A stretch of DNA of 64,000 nt from Candidatus Aenigmatarchaeota archaeon. Lineage in GTDB: Archaea > Aenigmatarchaeota > Aenigmatarchaeia > PWEA01. Location of the stretch: positions 13,150 to 77,149 of the forward strand of contig JBKHHE010000001.1 of assembly GCA_046539305.1 (NCBI GenBank). The letters are read 5' to 3'. A program made the position numbers and the translations under genes. This document shows positions 34,950-44,317 of this stretch, one piece after another (the stretch's first letter is position 1; the number at the start of each line of letters is the position of its first letter). Under the pieces are notes generated by a model. The model was given only the letters and a program-made list of their open reading frames with translations, did not search any database and was not told the DNA's origin.

Positions 34950-35930
34950 ATGGAGCTGTTAGTTCTCGTCGGTGGGTTCCACCCTGAGATGCCCCTGGAA
35001 GAGCTTCGGAGTCTGGGCGCGGAAGTCGAGGAGAAAGACGGAAGAATAGTCGCTGGGAAGACTGACGAGTGGGAAAAATTGAAAAGGCTCGGGTACTCGC
35101 ATCTCATTCTCAAGTTCCTGGGTTCCTTCTCTCCTGGCGAAGAGCTCCCGTTCGACCCGGAGAAACATATCGAAGGAAAGTTCGCCGGTCGTTTCAAGAA
35201 GCTGGATTTTTCTGGAAACTTCGATGAAAGGAGAAAGGAAATACTTGGAGAACTGGACCCACACATAAAGGAGGTGGACCTCAGGAATCCGGATACGACC
35301 ATCTATTTCTTCTTCCGTGGAAACAAGATCTACGCGGGAAAACTGTTCCACGAGTTCAAGCCGGAGGAGTTCTACCAGAGGAAAGTTGCAGTCCGCCCCT
35401 TTTCAAGGCCAATTTCCCTCCCGCCGAGGGAGGCCCGATGCTGGGTAAACCTGTCAGGCGTAGAAGAGGGGGGAAAGCTCCTGGACCCGTTCTGCGGCAC
35501 AGGAGGGATTCTGATAGAAGCGGCTATGATCGACTGCAAGGTCTACGGCTCGGACCTGGACGCGGAGATGGTCTCGGGCTCCAGGATGAATCTCGACTAC
35601 TACGGTCTGGAGGGGGAGGTGGAGAAAGTGGATGCACAGGAACTGAGCCGGAGGTGGAATGAAAGTTTCGACGCCGTGGTTACGGACCCACCCTACGGCC
35701 GGGCTGCGAAGGTTGGAGGTGAAGAAGTCAAGAACCTGTACGGGAAATCTCTGGAGGAGATAAGCAAGGTGCTCAAGGAAGGTGCAAAGTGTGTGATAGG
35801 AGCTCCGAAGAAGATAGGTCTGGAAGGGGTTCTGAAGGAGAAAGCGCCAGGACTTAAAACTGAGAAAAGGTTCGAGGAGAAGGTTCACGGGGACCTGTTC
35901 CGGGAGATTTACATTCTGAGAAAGGTCTAG
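34950..35930 (+). CDS. THUMP-domain tRNA (guanine10-N2)-methyltransferase (Trm11/TrmG10)
   Basis: LDPFCGTGGILIEA and VVTDPPYG motifs after a THUMP-sized N-terminus. Confidence 0.8.
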   Translation: MELLVLVGGFHPEMPLEELRSLGAEVEEKDGRIVAGKTDEWEKLKRLGYSHLILKFLGSFSPGEELPFDPEKHIEGKFAGRFKKLDFSGNFDERRKEILGELDPHIKEVDLRNPDTTIYFFFRGNKIYAGKLFHEFKPEEFYQRKVAVRPFSRPISLPPREARCWVNLSGVEEGGKLLDPFCGTGGILIEAAMIDCKVYGSDLDAEMVSGSRMNLDYYGLEGEVEKVDAQELSRRWNESFDAVVTDPPYGRAAKVGGEEVKNLYGKSLEEISKVLKEGAKCVIGAPKKIGLEGVLKEKAPGLKTEKRFEEKVHGDLFREIYILRKV

Positions 35931-35932
35931 CC

Positions 35933-36316
35933 TTAGAGCTTCCTAACCTTCTCTTTTATCTCGTGGAAGGCTTCTTCCGGGTCCACGTCGAAGCCTATCG
36001 GGTCCTCTACGTCCCAGACCTCTATGTTTTCCTCGTCGGCCCCGAAGTTCTCCAGGATATATTTTTTGTGACGGTCTTTCATGGCTACAGCAGTGTCCGC
36101 CTTGTCCAAGGCCCTCTGGCTGAGCGGATCGGGGTCCGGCTTCACGTATTCGAAAGCGCCCTCCACTTCCAGCAGCTCCTTTCCGTTCTCCGCTATATGG
36201 GAAGCGGGGTCCGTGCCCGCGGACTCCACCTCCAGCTTTGGCCTGTATTTCCTGGTCAGTGCCTCCGCCACGGGGCTTCGGAAGCTGTTGCCCGTGCAGA
36301 CGTAGAGGACACGCAT
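35933..36316 (-). CDS. Low-molecular-weight protein-tyrosine phosphatase / ArsC-like
   Basis: MRVLYVCTGNSFRSP (CX5R). ATG 36316 preferred (AATTATTTAAGTC ~25 nt upstream). The tracked N-terminal extension to 36478 would overlap the neighbouring gene. Confidence 0.8.
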   Translation of the reverse strand: MRVLYVCTGNSFRSPVAEALTRKYRPKLEVESAGTDPASHIAENGKELLEVEGAFEYVKPDPDPLSQRALDKADTAVAMKDRHKKYILENFGADEENIEVWDVEDPIGFDVDPEEAFHEIKEKVRKL

Positions 36317-36368
36317 ATAGAACTTCGGCTCGGGAAGACTTAAATAATTTTTCTCCTTTAGTATTACT

Positions 36369-36755
36369 ATGTCTCCGTACGAGCCCGACTGGAAGGAGGG
36401 GGAGGTCAAAGTCTGCTTTAATTTCCCGATTAGCGAGCAGTCAGCCGAAGGGTTTGGGGAGGAAAAACTTGGATACAAGCTGAAGGGGGAAATGAAATAC
36501 GGCTACGGAATCCCGGGCTTTCTTTACGAGGTTCCTGAAGACAAAGAAGAAGAAGCGGTGGAAAAGTTCGAGAAGATGGAAATCGTTAAATGGGCCGAAA
36601 AGCGCGACCTAAAGGTGGAAAGGCAACTGGAGAAGGTGGACGAAGTAGAAAGGAAAGTGGAAGAAGAGATCGATAAACTAATGGATAGCGTGGGTACCGA
36701 GGACTACGAGTCCCAGCTGGAGAAGTTCCAAGGACTAATAGGGGACTCGGAGTAG
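36369..36755 (+). CDS. Hypothetical acidic protein
   Basis: 128-aa ORF. No motif recognised. Confidence 0.5.
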   Translation: MSPYEPDWKEGEVKVCFNFPISEQSAEGFGEEKLGYKLKGEMKYGYGIPGFLYEVPEDKEEEAVEKFEKMEIVKWAEKRDLKVERQLEKVDEVERKVEEEIDKLMDSVGTEDYESQLEKFQGLIGDSE

Positions 36756-36807
36756 GGTAGGGGAACTTTCCTAAGATTTAAATAAGAGATGTAACTATAT
36801 ATACGAT

Positions 36808-37398
36808 ATGGTAGAAAAACTTACTAAATGGAAACTTTTATTCCCTTACCTGAATGACTACCGACGGAGCCTGATCCTCGCTGACTTCGAGAGGGAGCTC
36901 GGGAAACCCCACCAGACCCTGAAGAGATACCTGGAGGAACTTCTGGAGGAAAACACCCTCCGTATAGAGGGAAAAGGCAAACATAAAAAGTACAGTCTGA
37001 ACACTGAAAGCTTCATGTTTTTCCACCACCTATCCATAGCTGAGAAGCTGAGGGCGGACGAGGTCCTTGGAGAAAGGACCCTGATTAAGAGGCTCTACGA
37101 AAAAACTGCACCCTTTCTCTCAGGGGGAAGGTTCCTCGTCTTTGGATCCTATGCTGTCGGCAGGGAAGGAAACGATATAGACCTACTTGTCGTTGGTGAA
37201 GACTCAAAGGAGCTGAACGAAACTCTAAAAGAGTTCGGCGATACATACAAGTCGGTTCACAAGGTCCAGGTACTGGGAAAGGAAGGGCTGGACAGAAGAT
37301 TTAAGAAGGAGCTACACAAGAAACATATTATCCTCAGTGGCTCCGACTACTTCGTGAGGCTTTTCGGTGACATGTATGGCGAATTTGGAATGGTGTAA
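36808..37398 (+). CDS. wHTH + minimal nucleotidyltransferase (MNT-type)
   Basis: LVFGSYAVGREGNDIDLLVVGE (GS-x9-DxD) after an N-terminal wHTH-like segment. Confidence 0.75.
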   Translation: MVEKLTKWKLLFPYLNDYRRSLILADFERELGKPHQTLKRYLEELLEENTLRIEGKGKHKKYSLNTESFMFFHHLSIAEKLRADEVLGERTLIKRLYEKTAPFLSGGRFLVFGSYAVGREGNDIDLLVVGEDSKELNETLKEFGDTYKSVHKVQVLGKEGLDRRFKKELHKKHIILSGSDYFVRLFGDMYGEFGMV

Positions 37399-37837
37399 AA
37401 AACAGAGCAGCGGGCTTCAGAAGGTTGAGCCAAGTGAAAACATTGCCGAGGATCACTTCAGAAGTGCGGAGGAAAGTCTGAAAGTTCTACGAAAGGTGAT
37501 GGACGGCTCGAGGATGTGGGCCGCTACTGTTAAATACTACGTGGAATACTTCTGCGTATCCGCTGTCCTTTCAAGGCTTGGAGTAAAATCCGAGATACAT
37601 GACTGCACAATAGCCGCGGTCGAATTTCTCGAAGAGGAGGGTGTGTTTCAACAGGGAACCACCAGGAGGCTGGAGAAGAGCAAGGAACTCCGCATAGACA
37701 ACCAGTACAACCTCAAGGAAAGGTCCGTGGAACTTGACCTGGAAGAGTTGAGTGATTTTATCCTTGAAACGAAAGAGATCATGGAGGGGCTCCATAGAAA
37801 AAGAGTGAATGAACTTAGGAGCAAGCTCTTCCGGTAA
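37376..37837 (+). CDS. HEPN-domain protein, partner of the MNT
   Basis: Overlaps the MNT 3' end by 23 nt. All-helical, with AEDHFRSAEESLKVL ... KELRIDNQYN. Confidence 0.6.
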   Translation: MANLEWCKKQSSGLQKVEPSENIAEDHFRSAEESLKVLRKVMDGSRMWAATVKYYVEYFCVSAVLSRLGVKSEIHDCTIAAVEFLEEEGVFQQGTTRRLEKSKELRIDNQYNLKERSVELDLEELSDFILETKEIMEGLHRKRVNELRSKLFR

Positions 37838-37876
37838 GCTCAAAAACTACCTCACATAATTATGCCACTCCCAGGG

Positions 37877-39106
37877 TTAGAGTAATTCCTTCACAGCTCT
37901 CCTCACCTTCTCCCTGTTGCCCGGGGTCGTGTAAACGGAAAAGAGGTTCCTCATAGGTCCGTCTTCCTTGAGCGCTTTGGTTATTTCGGAAATTTCTTCG
38001 AGTGGCACCACGTCTCCATTGTTCTTGGTGATTTTTATGTCAAACTTCCTCAGGCGTGGCTCCACAGAAACGAGAGTACCTTCCTGCTCATTGACCATGA
38101 CCTCTTTTACCTCCAGACCCACCCTGTCCGCTATTTCTCTCTCCAACTCCTCTGCTTCTTTGATCTTGAGGTCTTCAACTTTCCTTTTTTTCTCCTCGGG
38201 GTCGGTGCTTTTCAGGACGTAGGCTTCTTTGTAGAGGTTCCTCTTTCTTATCCTCTCTACCATCTCCCTGGAATAGGGATTTGAGGATCCGAGTCTCTGA
38301 AGGAGCTCACCATCCGTGAGCCATAGGAGGTCCTTGATGTCTTTCTCTTCCGCATATCTCTTGACAGCTCTCAATAACATTCCTTCGACGATGTCCACGG
38401 TCTTATGTCTGTAGACGCTGGAGTACATCTGGTCCCTTGCCACGAGGTACTGCTCTATTCCGTCCAGGCCCTTCTCAAGGTAGGTCAGCCTTCCTTCGTT
38501 TATCCTCATGACGTTCATCAGCCACTCCACTTCGACCGCGCCATAAGAAACGCCTGTATGGTGCCCATCCCTCGCCAAGTAGTCCAGCTGATCTGCGTCC
38601 ATCTGGGAGCTTATTATATCCTGCAGATACCTTTCACCTTCGAAGTCTCCGGTGACAAGGTCCGCGACCTTTCGGGGGGAAACACCGTGCTCTTCCAGCG
38701 TGGACGGGACTCCGGTTTCCTCAGGAAGTTCGCTCTCACCGAGGATGAGCTTCCTTGTTATCTCTGTGTGAGACTCGGGCATTATGGGCTCGATGGCGTG
38801 GCTGAAGGGCGCGTGACCCAGGTCATGCAGCATGCCGGCAGCCTCCAGCAGCTTATTCTCATCCTTCCCCAACCCCAGACGGTCGGCGATCTGACTGCAG
38901 AGATACGATGCCCCTATAGAATGCTCCAGCCTGGTCTGGTGGGCCCCCGGATAGATCAAGAAAACGAGGCCGAGCTGCCTTATCCATGCAAGCCTCTGGA
39001 CCTCCGGCTGTGAGAGGAGGTCTACCTGCATCCCGTCAAGGTCAATAAACCCATGGACAGGATCCTTCACCACCTTGTCTTCGGAACTTTTTGCCACACT
39101 CGACAC
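37877..39106 (-). CDS. HD-domain phosphohydrolase (SAMHD1/dGTPase-like, COG1078 type)
   Basis: VKDPVHGFIDL, QTRLEHSIG and HDLGHAPFSH. Start uncertain: GTG near 39106/39097, with ATG 39181 in the ORF track. Confidence 0.8.
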   Translation of the reverse strand: MSSVAKSSEDKVVKDPVHGFIDLDGMQVDLLSQPEVQRLAWIRQLGLVFLIYPGAHQTRLEHSIGASYLCSQIADRLGLGKDENKLLEAAGMLHDLGHAPFSHAIEPIMPESHTEITRKLILGESELPEETGVPSTLEEHGVSPRKVADLVTGDFEGERYLQDIISSQMDADQLDYLARDGHHTGVSYGAVEVEWLMNVMRINEGRLTYLEKGLDGIEQYLVARDQMYSSVYRHKTVDIVEGMLLRAVKRYAEEKDIKDLLWLTDGELLQRLGSSNPYSREMVERIRKRNLYKEAYVLKSTDPEEKKRKVEDLKIKEAEELEREIADRVGLEVKEVMVNEQEGTLVSVEPRLRKFDIKITKNNGDVVPLEEISEITKALKEDGPMRNLFSVYTTPGNREKVRRAVKELL

Positions 39107-39231
39107 CCTCTTCCATAAATTGGAGAACCACAAACTTAAAACTCGGGTATTACAAAAATGAACGGTGCTCCTGGCCAACACCTTTCTACAAAGTATAAAA
39201 ATCTCCTCTGCACAATTCTGAAGAGACAGAT

Positions 39232-40131
39232 ATGAAGCCGCTCGAGGTCGTGATACTTGGTTCCGGGGCCATAGTCCCGACGAAGGAGAGACACCACTCC
39301 GCGATATGGATCAGGAGGGAAGGTGACGTTTTCCTCTGGGACTGTGGTGAAGGAACCCAGAGACAGATACAGAAGGCCGGGCTCTCTTTCATGAAAATAG
39401 ACAAGATCTTCATAACCCACTGGCACGCGGACCATTTCGCTGGCCTACTGGGACTTATAGAGACCTTTAACCTTGAGGGTAGAGAGCGCAAACTGGAGAT
39501 CTATGGACCGGAGGCTTCTCGGTTCGTCTCCCTACTCCTGGACCTTTCGTGGTACGACTTCGGCTTCGACGTGGAGGCCATGGACGTGGAGTTCGAGGAC
39601 AAAGGAGAAACAACAGTTGTGGAAGGGGACGGATACACCATCAAGTCCACGCCTGCAGAGCACTCCATCCCCGCCGTGGCATATTCACTGGAGGAGGAGG
39701 GAAAGATGAATATAAATGAGGACAAGGCCGCAAACTACGATCTCCACCCCGGGCCAAAGATGGGCGAGCTGAAGGAGAAGGGCGAGATAAAGTATAAAGG
39801 AAATACGATAAAACTTGAAGACGTCTCGGAGTTCACCTCCGGGAGAAAGGTAATCTACACGGGAGACACCTGTCCCACGGAAAACATAAAGAAGTTTTCG
39901 GAGGACGCAGACTTACTGATTCACGACGCGACCTTCGCAGAAGAGGCAAGCCACAAACACTCATCTGCGGCGGAGGCAGCGAAACTGGCGACCGAGGCAA
40001 ATGTAAAAAAACTCCTGCTAACCCACTACTCAAGAAGATACAAAGATCCAGGAGAACTTTTGAAGAAAGCAAGGGAGTATCACGAAAACGTGGAGGCAGC
40101 GGAAGAACTAATGAGGATAAAAGTAGAGTAG
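39232..40131 (+). CDS. rnz: Ribonuclease Z (tRNA 3' endonuclease)
   Basis: ITHWHADH, YTGDT, IHDATF and LLLTHYSRRY. Confidence 0.9.
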   Translation: MKPLEVVILGSGAIVPTKERHHSAIWIRREGDVFLWDCGEGTQRQIQKAGLSFMKIDKIFITHWHADHFAGLLGLIETFNLEGRERKLEIYGPEASRFVSLLLDLSWYDFGFDVEAMDVEFEDKGETTVVEGDGYTIKSTPAEHSIPAVAYSLEEEGKMNINEDKAANYDLHPGPKMGELKEKGEIKYKGNTIKLEDVSEFTSGRKVIYTGDTCPTENIKKFSEDADLLIHDATFAEEASHKHSSAAEAAKLATEANVKKLLLTHYSRRYKDPGELLKKAREYHENVEAAEELMRIKVE

Positions 40132-40137
40132 ACAGAC

Positions 40138-41091
40138 TCAGTCCTTATTTTTATAAGGGTTCACCTCAAGGTCAAGCTCTTCAGCTATTTCCCTGTACCT
40201 GTCCCGCAGGGTAACCTCCGTAATACCGGCGATGTCGCTGAGCTCCACCTGAGTCACGTAATCTTCCCCGGCCATCATGCTAGCTATATATACTGCGGAT
40301 GCGGCTATCCCGGACGGAGACTTACCGCTGGAAATGTCTTCTTCTTCAGCGTACCTTGCAATTTCCTTTGCCTTCTTCGAGACGTGGTCCGGGACACCCA
40401 CCCCATCCGAATACCGGGGTACAAACACCTCGGGGCTTAGGGGAGAAGAAGGTAGACCGAGCTTCCTGGAAAGCTGTCTCTCAATCCTTGATATCTCCTT
40501 CTTGTCGCAGGGCGATACCTCCTGGATGTCCTGATACGTCACGGGCAAGTCATTCCTCTTGAGAACATGATGAAGAAGTGCCGAAGCCGATCCTTCAATG
40601 GACCTGCCCCTCAGTAGATCCTCCTTCGACGCTTCTTTAAACAGTTTCGCGGTTTCCTTCTGAACGTTCTTGGGAATATTAAGGGAGTGACCTGAAAGCT
40701 GTGAAGACATCCTCTTTATTTCCTGGTTCCCGATGATAACTGACCGGTCCTTACCTTCAGTTACACGGGATCTCTTGTTCCACTTCCGGAGCCTGTAGGC
40801 TTTTCTTCTCTCCTCGGGTGACAGGTCCTTTCCCCTGGAATCCTTGTCTTTATAGCTTACCCTCGTGGAGAGGTTATCATGCCTGAGCTCCGTGGGGGTT
40901 GGGCCTGCGCGGCTCTTTTCCTTCTTTTCCTCGTTGCTGTAAGCGCGCCACTCGGGACCCCTGTCCTTCAGCCCATCCTCTATAATCTTTCCTGACTCTC
41001 TGCAGATTATCTTCCCTTCGGCAGGTTTTTCCAGAACAGATGCCCCACAATCAGGGCATTCCTCGTATATACTCTGGGTTTCCTCGGACAT
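40138..41091 (-). CDS. tfb: Transcription initiation factor IIB (TFB), divergent second copy
   Basis: Zn ribbon CPDCG...; cyclin folds. The linker region differs from copy 1. Confidence 0.85.
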   Translation of the reverse strand: MSEETQSIYEECPDCGASVLEKPAEGKIICRESGKIIEDGLKDRGPEWRAYSNEEKKEKSRAGPTPTELRHDNLSTRVSYKDKDSRGKDLSPEERRKAYRLRKWNKRSRVTEGKDRSVIIGNQEIKRMSSQLSGHSLNIPKNVQKETAKLFKEASKEDLLRGRSIEGSASALLHHVLKRNDLPVTYQDIQEVSPCDKKEISRIERQLSRKLGLPSSPLSPEVFVPRYSDGVGVPDHVSKKAKEIARYAEEEDISSGKSPSGIAASAVYIASMMAGEDYVTQVELSDIAGITEVTLRDRYREIAEELDLEVNPYKNKD

Positions 41092-41155
41092 TTCCTGTAG
41101 GCTTCATCCGTTAAAATATTTAAGTTTTGAGAAACTTGAAACGGAAAACCAAAAC

Positions 41156-41569
41156 CTACCTGTACGCCTCATCTCCTCCGGCGGTATCGGACAGAATTCC
41201 CGAGGCATAGTTGTGGATAGCGTACATGACCGAGAAGCGGGTGTCCTCCTCGCCCAGCTCCTCGCTGTAGTCTCTGATGAGCTCCGTGAGGTCGTCGCTC
41301 TTCTCCAGCTCCTCTTTGAAAAGCCTGTAACCCTTCTCGTTCAGTTCCTGGGGGTTCTCGTGGGCGACCTCCTTCCCCATCTCATCCTGAACTTTCTGCA
41401 TACACATAAACTCAAAGACGGACTTCAGGTAGTTCTCCGGGGAAATATCCTTTCTCTGGACCAAGGTTCTGTACCCGGTTTCCATCCATTTCGCTGCTTC
41501 CTCGTATTCCAGATCCAAAATATCGCTAAAATCAGGTTTTTCCTCTCCTTCGTTCTCAGCCATAGACAT
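41156..41569 (-). CDS. Hypothetical acidic protein
   Basis: 137-aa ORF. TTAATTTAAAC TATA ~22 nt upstream. Confidence 0.5.
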   Translation of the reverse strand: MSMAENEGEEKPDFSDILDLEYEEAAKWMETGYRTLVQRKDISPENYLKSVFEFMCMQKVQDEMGKEVAHENPQELNEKGYRLFKEELEKSDDLTELIRDYSEELGEEDTRFSVMYAIHNYASGILSDTAGGDEAYR

Positions 41570-41659
41570 CTATTGGGTCGCAAAGTTTAAATTAATTGCC
41601 CCCACGAAACTTTTTATAGTTGTAACTTTCAAGTAATTAAATTAAAACAAAAAGTTGGG

Positions 41660-43471
41660 GTGACAAGGTTGCACGGGAAACCCGTAGAAGGTTCGCCGCT
41701 GAAGGAGCAGAAGAAGAGGATAGATAGACCTATATCCAAGCTGCTGTACTACTGCAGGCCCTACAAGAAGAAATTTGTTACAGGTCTCGTCGCCCTGTCG
41801 GTCGCGACCATACTGGGCCTGATGCCGCCCTACCTAACGAGGATAGCAATAGACGAGGCCATCATCCCGGGAAACTACGAACTGCTTATGACCTTGGTCG
41901 CGGTTTTCCTGGGAGTTTACGGCGGTAAAGCTGTGTTCGACTACCTGCAGAACTTCCTACTCTTCACGTTTGCCCAGGACGCGATATACCATCTGCGGAT
42001 GGAGACCTACAGGCACCTGCAGGAACTTTCCCTGTCATTCCACAGCGATCAGCCGACGGGCAAGATGATGTCGAAGCTCTCCAACGATATAAACAGGCTG
42101 CAGAGGTTCCTCTCGGACACGATGAGGGAGATAGGAAGGAACGTGCTGATAGCTGTGCTGATAGGAGTGATACTGTTCTGGATGAACTGGAAGCTCGCCT
42201 TCTTCACCCTGGTCCCCATACCTGTAATCGGCTTCATGACTTACCACTTCGTCGGGAAGATAAGGCCGAAATGGGACGCCGTGAGAAGAGCTGTGGGAAA
42301 CATAAACAGGAGACTTCACGACAACATGGCAGGGATAGAGACCATAAAGAGCTTCGCAAGGGAGGACTACGAGATGGAGAGGGTCGAAGAAGTCAACGAG
42401 GAGTACAGGGAAACGAACGTGGAGTCCATAAGGCTGTGGACCAAGTTCTTCCCGGCCGTGGGCTTCGCCGTGGCAATAGGCACGATAATAGTCATAGGCT
42501 ACGGAGGTTACCTCGTGATGGAAGAGGTGATCACTATAGGTACCCTGATAGCTTTCAACGGCTACATATGGCAGTTTTACCAGCCGATGAGGATGCTTGG
42601 CTGGGTCACCAACTCCCACCAGAGGGCCGCCGCATCCGCCTCCAGGATATTCGGAATTCTCGAGGAGCCCGTAGGAATAACCAGCGACGAGGACGCGGAG
42701 GAAGTGGGGGAGATAGAAGGAGAGGTGGAGTTCGACCACGTCACCTTTCACTACGGCGATCCCGAAGAAGAAGATGAAAGGGCTCTCCACGACGTCTCAT
42801 TCAGAGTGGAGCCGGGAAATACAGTAGCTCTGGTCGGACCAAGCGGTTCCGGAAAGACGACCACGGTAAACCTCCTGTTCCGGTTCTACGATCCGGACGA
42901 CGGCGAGATAAGGATAGATGGGAAGGACGTCAGAAAGCTGGACCTGAAAGAGCTCAGGGACAGGATGGGTATAGTCTCCCAGGAGACGTTTATGTTCGAC
43001 GACGACGTGAGGATGAACATCTCCTACGGGGATCCGGACGCTTCGGACGAGAGGATAGAAGAGGCGGCGAAGAAGGCCGCAGCCCATGAGTTTATAGAGA
43101 AGTTCCCCGAAGGTTACAAGACGAAAGTAGGGGAGGACGGCGTGAAGCTCAGCGGCGGGCAGAAGCAGAGGATATCCATAGCAAGGACCATACTCAACGA
43201 CCCGGAGATTCTGGTTCTGGACGAGGCGACCAGCGACGTGGACACGATAACCGAGGTAAAGATACAGGAGGCGATAAGGGAACTGATAAGGGACAGGACC
43301 ACGATAATGATAGCCCACGACCTGAGCACTGCAAGGCTGGCCGACAGGATTATCTGCCTGGAGGACGGGAAGGTCGTGGAAAAGGGCACGCACGAAGAGT
43401 TGCTGGAAGAAGACGGCCTGTACAAAGAGCTCTGGGACATGCAGTCCTCACTGAACGAGCCCGAGGAGTAA
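41660..43471 (+). CDS. ABC exporter, fused permease/ATPase (MsbA/multidrug type)
   Basis: Six TM helices plus GPSGSGKTT, LSGGQKQR and ILVLDEATS. Confidence 0.9.
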   Translation: MTRLHGKPVEGSPLKEQKKRIDRPISKLLYYCRPYKKKFVTGLVALSVATILGLMPPYLTRIAIDEAIIPGNYELLMTLVAVFLGVYGGKAVFDYLQNFLLFTFAQDAIYHLRMETYRHLQELSLSFHSDQPTGKMMSKLSNDINRLQRFLSDTMREIGRNVLIAVLIGVILFWMNWKLAFFTLVPIPVIGFMTYHFVGKIRPKWDAVRRAVGNINRRLHDNMAGIETIKSFAREDYEMERVEEVNEEYRETNVESIRLWTKFFPAVGFAVAIGTIIVIGYGGYLVMEEVITIGTLIAFNGYIWQFYQPMRMLGWVTNSHQRAAASASRIFGILEEPVGITSDEDAEEVGEIEGEVEFDHVTFHYGDPEEEDERALHDVSFRVEPGNTVALVGPSGSGKTTTVNLLFRFYDPDDGEIRIDGKDVRKLDLKELRDRMGIVSQETFMFDDDVRMNISYGDPDASDERIEEAAKKAAAHEFIEKFPEGYKTKVGEDGVKLSGGQKQRISIARTILNDPEILVLDEATSDVDTITEVKIQEAIRELIRDRTTIMIAHDLSTARLADRIICLEDGKVVEKGTHEELLEEDGLYKELWDMQSSLNEPEE

Positions 43472-43537
43472 TCTCGAGCATCTGGCGCCGACGAAAGCCT
43501 TATATCTTTTTCGGAAGATATTATCATCAGTGATAAA

Positions 43538-43747
43538 ATGATTATAGATGAGGTTGAAAGGGAAGTTTTACATGAAATCGCAGGGAAGCATAACTTTTTA
43601 CCTTCCATCCAGGAAGGGGGCGGAACGGTGAGAGTGACTCCCCATCGATACAAAGGAACCAACGGAGAAGAGTACGAGTGGAGAGAGGCGAGGAAGGACA
43701 TGGAGCGGCGGGCAGAAAGGAAAGGCTACGAACTGACAGTGGGCTGA
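43538..43747 (+). CDS. Hypothetical small protein
   Basis: 69-aa ORF. GTGATAAA SD-like motif immediately before the ATG. Confidence 0.4.
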   Translation: MIIDEVEREVLHEIAGKHNFLPSIQEGGGTVRVTPHRYKGTNGEEYEWREARKDMERRAERKGYELTVG

Positions 43748-43919
43748 AGCCCCGACTCCTCGAAGAAGTTCTGGAAACCTATCCCCTCGACGAACCCAAA
43801 GTATAAAAGATTTAACACTGTATTGATATGAGATAATTGAAATGACTGAGGAAGAACTCGAGGCAGAAGAGGTCGAGAAGTACGGATCGCCTGACAAATC
43901 TCCGGATTAATGAGGAGAA

Positions 43920-44258
43920 CTAGCTCTTAGAGTGTGCCCGAATTCTTTCACTGCATTTCTCACATCTGTCTTTCAGGTCCTCCAAATTCTTTTCCAGGTC
44001 CACGGAGCCCAGATCCAGTTCGTCCCCGTAGTCAAGGGGGGTGTCATGGTCGAAGCCGCGCCCCTCCATCTCCCGCGCAAGCTCTTTGTGCCTCTCCTTT
44101 ATCCTGGAGGTGTCTACCTGTCCCTTCTCGGCATGCCCTCTTACAACTTCCGTATTTCCTTTTTCGATATGCCCGACCAGCTTGTGCAGCTCGTTGTGCT
44201 CTCCCAGGAGATGCTGTCTGCACAGGAGCTCCGGATCGACCATCCACATCCTTGTCAT
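43920..44258 (-). CDS. Pyrimidine-dimer DNA glycosylase-like / TIGR02328-like protein (from memory)
   Basis: MWMVDPELLCRQHLLGEHNELHKLVG N-terminal signature. Confidence 0.45.
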   Translation of the reverse strand: MTRMWMVDPELLCRQHLLGEHNELHKLVGHIEKGNTEVVRGHAEKGQVDTSRIKERHKELAREMEGRGFDHDTPLDYGDELDLGSVDLEKNLEDLKDRCEKCSERIRAHSKS

Positions 44259-44317
44259 AGTTTATCCCTTGACTCTGTTCCACAAAACCTTTTAACCTTT
44301 TCCATCAATTTCTACCT

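Noticed and set aside
35933-36478. Long N-terminal extensions offered by the ORF track. Examples: LMW-PTP to 36478, purF-like to 17602, NIF3-like to 27259, eno to 50805, and 6437-6931.
   Set aside because: The extensions are hydrophobic or odd in composition. They run through TATA boxes positioned 22-32 nt upstream of internal ATGs that match the family N-termini, or they overlap divergent neighbours.
38405-39013. 202-aa + strand ORF inside the HD phosphohydrolase gene.
   Set aside because: Antisense artefact. The - strand frame carries HD motifs throughout.
42035-43701. Several 190-250-aa ORFs antisense or out of frame within the ABC exporter gene.
   Set aside because: Same codon-bias artefact. 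Compositions are odd (Arg/Pro/Val/Tyr-rich), and the sense frame carries Walker A/B and the ABC signature.
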